Origin: Macrostomum hystrix
Taxonomy: Eukaryota > Animalia > Platyhelminthes
Length of the DNA stretch: 64,000 nucleotides
Direction of reading: 5' to 3'
Assembly: GCA_950097015.1 (NCBI GenBank)
Contig: CATNEN010000009.1
Span: 1,426,001 to 1,490,000 of the forward strand
Shown here: positions 59,628 to 64,000 of the stretch, piece by piece
Layout: every line of letters starts with the position of its first letter
Position numbering within the stretch: position 1 is the first letter of the stretch
The notes under the pieces: generated by a model
Told to the model about the DNA's origin: nothing
What the model saw: the letters and a program-made list of their open reading frames with translations, nothing else
Database searches by the model: none
Made by a program: the position numbers and the translations under genes

Positions 59628-62600
59628 ATGGCGCGCGCACGAAAGAGAGCCAACAATGATGACCAGCAGCCACAGCCAATGCAGAGGGCTGCTAAGCGAG
59701 CTAGGAATGAGAAACATCTGCCGCCTGCTGCTGCTGCCCCTGCTGCTGCCCCTGCTCCTGCTGCTGCTGCTGCTGCTGTCCTGTCGATACAACCTCGCTT
59801 CAACCAGCTCGCTGGCCGCGTGCTGACTCTCGGCGAAGGTGACACCGGCCAACTTGGTCTGGGCAACTCGGCGCTGAGCAGGAAGCGTCCGGCCCGCGTT
59901 GATATCGGCCTGCCCGACTGCGGCTGCGTGCAGGTATAGCATGAGGGAGCTGCTTATGTCACTCTGATCCCCAGGATCTCATGTCACTCTGATACACAGG
60001 ATCTCATGTCACTCTGATCCCCAGGATCTCATGTCGCTCTGATACCCAGGATCTCATCCCACTCTGATCCCCAGGATCTCATCCCACTCTGATCCCCAGG
60101 ATCTCATGTCACTCTGATCCCCAGGATCTTATGTCACTCTGATCCCCAGGATCTCATGTCACTCTGATCCCCAGGATCTCATGTCACTCCGATCCCCAGG
60201 ATCTCATGTCACTCTGATCCCCAGGATCTCATGTCACTCTGATCCCCAGGATCTCATGTCACTCTGATCCCCAGGATCTCATGTCACTCTGATCCCCAGG
60301 ATCTCATGTCACTCTGATCCCCAGGATCTCATGTCACTCTGATACTTAGGATCTCATGTCACTCTGATCCCCAGGATCTCATGTCACTCTGATACACAGG
60401 ATCTCATGTCACTCTGATCCCCAGGATCTCATGTCACTCTGATCCCCAGGATCTCATCGCTCTCTGATACCAGCCTCGTCTTTCCTCCGTCAGGTGGTCG
60501 CAGGTGGCATGCACACGGCCTGCCTAACTGCTGACGGTCGTGTCTTCACATTCGGCTGTAACGACGAATGCGCGCTCGGCCGACCGGTTGTCGACTCTGC
60601 CGCCGATCAAGACAGCGACGACAGCGCCGGCGATGCTGGCGACGGTCTTGGCAGCGAGTTCCGGCCTGGCGAGGTGGCCGACGGCCTCCCGGATCCCGCG
60701 GCTGATCCGGTGGTGCACCTGTCGGCTGGGGATAGCCACACCGCGGCCGTCACTGGCAGCGGCCGCCTGTTCGTCTGGGGCACGTTTCGGGACAGCAACG
60801 GCGTGATTGGTTGGTGCCTCGAGTTACATAGCTAGTAAACTGCGTTTGTAATAAACCCGGAAAAAATCACGCAAAGCCGGAAAATTACGTAAAGCCGAAA
60901 AAAACATTAGGCCGGAAAAATACTTAAAAAAGAAAAATGTCAGCTAGCTTTTGTGTTTGGATACAAATCTAGTGTAATGTCGTGTTTTTTTTCCTCTTAT
61001 GGCCAAATTCTTTGAAACCAGGCCTCACCCGTGCTGGCGAGATGAGTCAGCGGCCTGTTGAAGTGTCTCTGCCCGACTCCGCCGGTCGCGTTGTCAAATC
61101 GGCCTCCGGTGCCAGTCACGTGATCTGCCTGACTAGCTCCGGTCGAGTGTTCACCTTCGGCTGCGGAGAGCAGGTGAGTGAAATCAAAATAACACCAATC
61201 TATTGAACCTGGCATGAAATTTTAGTATTTTATCATGTAACTACTTGTAGTAGATAGTAGCATAGCAACATAAGTACGATACTGTCATCAATGATAAGCA
61301 GATTATCGCCAAATTTTAAAATCTGAATTCACTGAAAATATGGCTGCTAAAGTGAAAATTAAAACTGACCTAGAAATTACATCAGACATGTTAATATCAA
61401 CTGACAAAATGGACAATTTTACTTACATGCCAACGTAAACGCTTATGAAATAACAATAATAACTAACATGGCGATGACGAACGATATGCCAAGTAACATT
61501 ACAAAGACAGGCAGGACAAGTAGAAGTGGCATGACAATGCCGAATGACATGGCAATCACAAATGGCTTAACTAGAACACGCCACTGACAAGCGGCATGAC
61601 AACAACAACTGACGTCATAATGACAAATGGCATGACAGCTACAAATGACATGGCATGACAGCTACAAATGACATGGAAATGACAGCTACAAATGACATGG
61701 CAATGACAGCTACAAATGACATGGCAATGACATTCCCCTGCCAGGGCCAGCTGGGCCGGGTGTCGGAGCGCCAGGGGGCCAGCCGCGGCGGTCGCGCCGG
61801 CCTCTCCGCCCTGCTGACTCCGCAGGAGGTTCGCCTGAAGGCGCGCCAGCGACACGCTCAATTTGACGACGTCTGGGCCGGTGCCTACGCCAGCTTCGCT
61901 CGCGTCCGCGGTGGCGCAGGCAGCGTCCTGCTGGCCTGGGGGCTGAACAACTTCTACCAGCTCGGCACCGGCGATCTGGACAACCGGTTCTTCCCGTCTG
62001 AGGCGCTGGAGTTCAGCGGTGAGCGAAGACTGGCCGGATTCGGGATCTGGATTTTCAGTTTGGGGATTTTTAATCTGGATGCTCAGTTTAAGGGTTTTGA
62101 ATCTGGATGCTCAGTATGGGGATTTTGAATCTGGATGCTCAGTATGGGGATTTGGGATCTGGATGCTCAGTATGGGGATTTTGAATCTGGATGCTCAGTA
62201 TGGGGATTTGGGATCTGGATGCTCAGTTTGGGGATTTTGAATCTGGATTCTCAGTTTGGGGATTTTGAATCTGGATGCTCAGTATGGGGATTTGGGATCT
62301 GGATGCTCAGTATAGGGATTTGGGATCTGGATGCTCAGTATAGGGATTTGGGATCTGGATGCTCAGTATAGGGATTTGGGATCTGGATGCTCAGTATGGG
62401 GATTTGGGATCTGGATGCTCAGTATAGGGATTTGGGATCTTGATGCTTAGTATGGGGATTTGGGATCTGGATAATTTAACATTTTCTCCCGTGTGGCCAG
62501 GCCGCCAGTGGCAGGAGGTGAGCTCCGGGCAGCACCACACTGTGGCGCTGGACTCGGCCGGCCGGGTGTTCGCCTGCGGCCGTGGCGAGTACGGCCGTCT

Positions 62601-62949
62601 GGGCCGCGGCCGCGCAGCCGGGGAAGCCGCCAGCGCCAGGCTGGAGCCGGTGGCGACGTCGGCGGACCCGGCCGAGGATGGCGACAATGCTGAAGGCCTC
62701 GGCGAGCGTCGCTGCGTGGCCGTTGCCTGCGCCACCGCCAGCAGCTTCTGCCTCGGTGCCGACGGCGCCGCATTCGCCTGGGGCATGGGCAGCAACAAGC
62801 AGCTCGGCCACGGCGTGGAAGACTCGGACGCCAGCGCCCCGGCCCGCATGGACGGCAAGCAGCTGGACGGCCTGCGCGTCATCGGCATCAGCGGCGGCGG
62901 TCAGCACGTTGTTCTACTGGCCGTTGAGGCCAATAACAACAGCCTGTGA
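59628..62949 (+). CDS. RCC1: Regulator of chromosome condensation 1
   Basis: Exons 59628..59933, 60494..60809, 61022..61173, 61745..62018, 62501..62949, all GT-AG and frame-consistent. Basic N-terminal tail (MARARKR...KRAR) and RCC1 repeats (GEGDTGQLGLG, VVAGGMHT, SAGDSHT, WGTFRD..G..G, SGASHV, SSGQHHT, GRGEYGRLG, ISGGGQHV). Confidence 0.96.
59955..60470. repeat. 25-bp minisatellite (GATCCCCAGGATCTCATGTCACTCT), ~20 copies, RCC1 intron 1
   Basis: Direct periodicity. Confidence 0.95.
61620..61732. repeat. 24-bp tandem repeat (ATGACAGCTACAAATGACATGGCA), ~4-5 copies, RCC1 intron 3
   Basis: Direct periodicity; ends ~12 nt before the acceptor. Confidence 0.85.
62040..62472. repeat. 28-bp minisatellite (GGGATTTGGGATCTGGATGCTCAGTATG), ~15 copies, RCC1 intron 4
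   Basis: Direct periodicity. Confidence 0.95.
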
Positions 62950-63544
62950 GTGCCGCCGGTTCTGCTTCGAGTCCGTTGCTATGGAAACCGGATGTGAAGC
63001 AAAATACTCGATTCCTAAAATTATTCAATTTTTTCTTTGAGCTGTTCTCAAGCCCTGTAATATTTGTGTGCTCAGAACTCAGTTTAACATGGCATTTTGC
63101 TTCTCTCGCTCTCTCTCTGACCTCTCCGAGTTGCTAAGCCTGCTGTAATTCTCCAACTTTACTACTGCTCAAGTAGCATGATCTGCTTTGTGCGCATTTG
63201 TGAGCTTGCAATTTATAAATCGTATTTATATTTTATAAATCTCAGCTGCGCTAATTCTTCCCAGCCTTCTAAATCAGAATGAGCTGGCTCAGTTTTTACT
63301 ATTCTATTTTTATTTTATACAATTTTCCGATTGCGATTGTTACATGCGCGAATTATTGCACTTTTAAACACTATTTTTATGAACCCCTCGCAACAAAACT
63401 GCGGGTATAATATAATTGCTGCAATAAGTTATCTCAATTTGTGCTATCCGATAATTTAACAGCTGGCGGCGAATATTGAGGCTTGCACTTCAACACGTCA
63501 TCACATCTTTTAGCGGCGTGAAAAATATTTTTTTGCTTTTTAGA

Positions 63545-64000
63545 GGAGAGGATAGACTGGGACAGGATAGTTAGACTGGGAGAGCAGAGGGTAGACTGGG
63601 AGAGGAGAGGATAGACTGGGACAGGATAGGTAGACTGGGAGAGCAGAGGGTAGACTGGGAGAGGAGAGGATAGACTGGGACAGGATAGGTAGACTGGGAG
63701 AGGAGAGGGTAGACTGGGAGAGAAAGGGTACTGTGGGAGAGGAGAGGGTAGACTGGGACAGGATAGGTAGACTGGGAGAGGAGAGGCTAGACTGGGAGAG
63801 GATGGGTAGACTGGGAGAGAAAGGGTGGAGTGGGAGAGGGGAGGGTAGACTGGGACAGGATAGGTAGACTGGGAGAGGAGAGGCTAGACTGGGAGAGGAG
63901 AGGATAGACTGGGACAGGATAGGTAGACTGGGAGAGGAGAGGGTAGACTGGGAGAGAAAGGGTACTGTGGGAGAGGAGAGGGTAGACTGGGAGAGGAGAG
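63545..64000. repeat. ~20-bp purine-rich minisatellite (AGACTGGGAGAGGAGAGGGT), runs off the window end
   Basis: Direct periodicity. Confidence 0.93.

Overview
Eukaryotic, intron-containing genomic DNA. GC-rich, Ala/Gly-rich exons, minisatellite-filled introns and splice-acceptor-like sites just upstream of start codons suggest a free-living flatworm such as Macrostomum (inference, not proven). Seven protein-coding genes are supported. Minus strand: a Reeler-domain secreted protein (running off the left edge), ING4/5, DPM3, a claudin-like tetraspan protein and a highly atypical rhodopsin-class GPCR. Plus strand: a type I diacylglycerol kinase (5' end unresolved) and RCC1. About 30 distinct tandem arrays occupy roughly 25 kb (~40%, hand estimate); they account for nearly all the long repetitive ORFs in the track, which are spurious. 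Three DNA transposons can be delimited by TIR plus target-site duplication: a 272-bp hAT-type MITE, a 998-bp near-perfect foldback (Mutator/FB-like) element and a 478-bp internally deleted Merlin (IS1595/ISXO2-like) element. Two tRNA-derived SINE families (one CORE/MIR-like) and LINE/Tc1 remnants are also present. The most interesting signals are (i) a candidate trans-spliced operon (claudin-like > DPM3 > ING4/5) whose spacers are minisatellites, (ii) minisatellites sharing GATCC and (G/C)TCAC cores that fill introns almost from splice site to splice site, and (iii) the foldback and Merlin elements.
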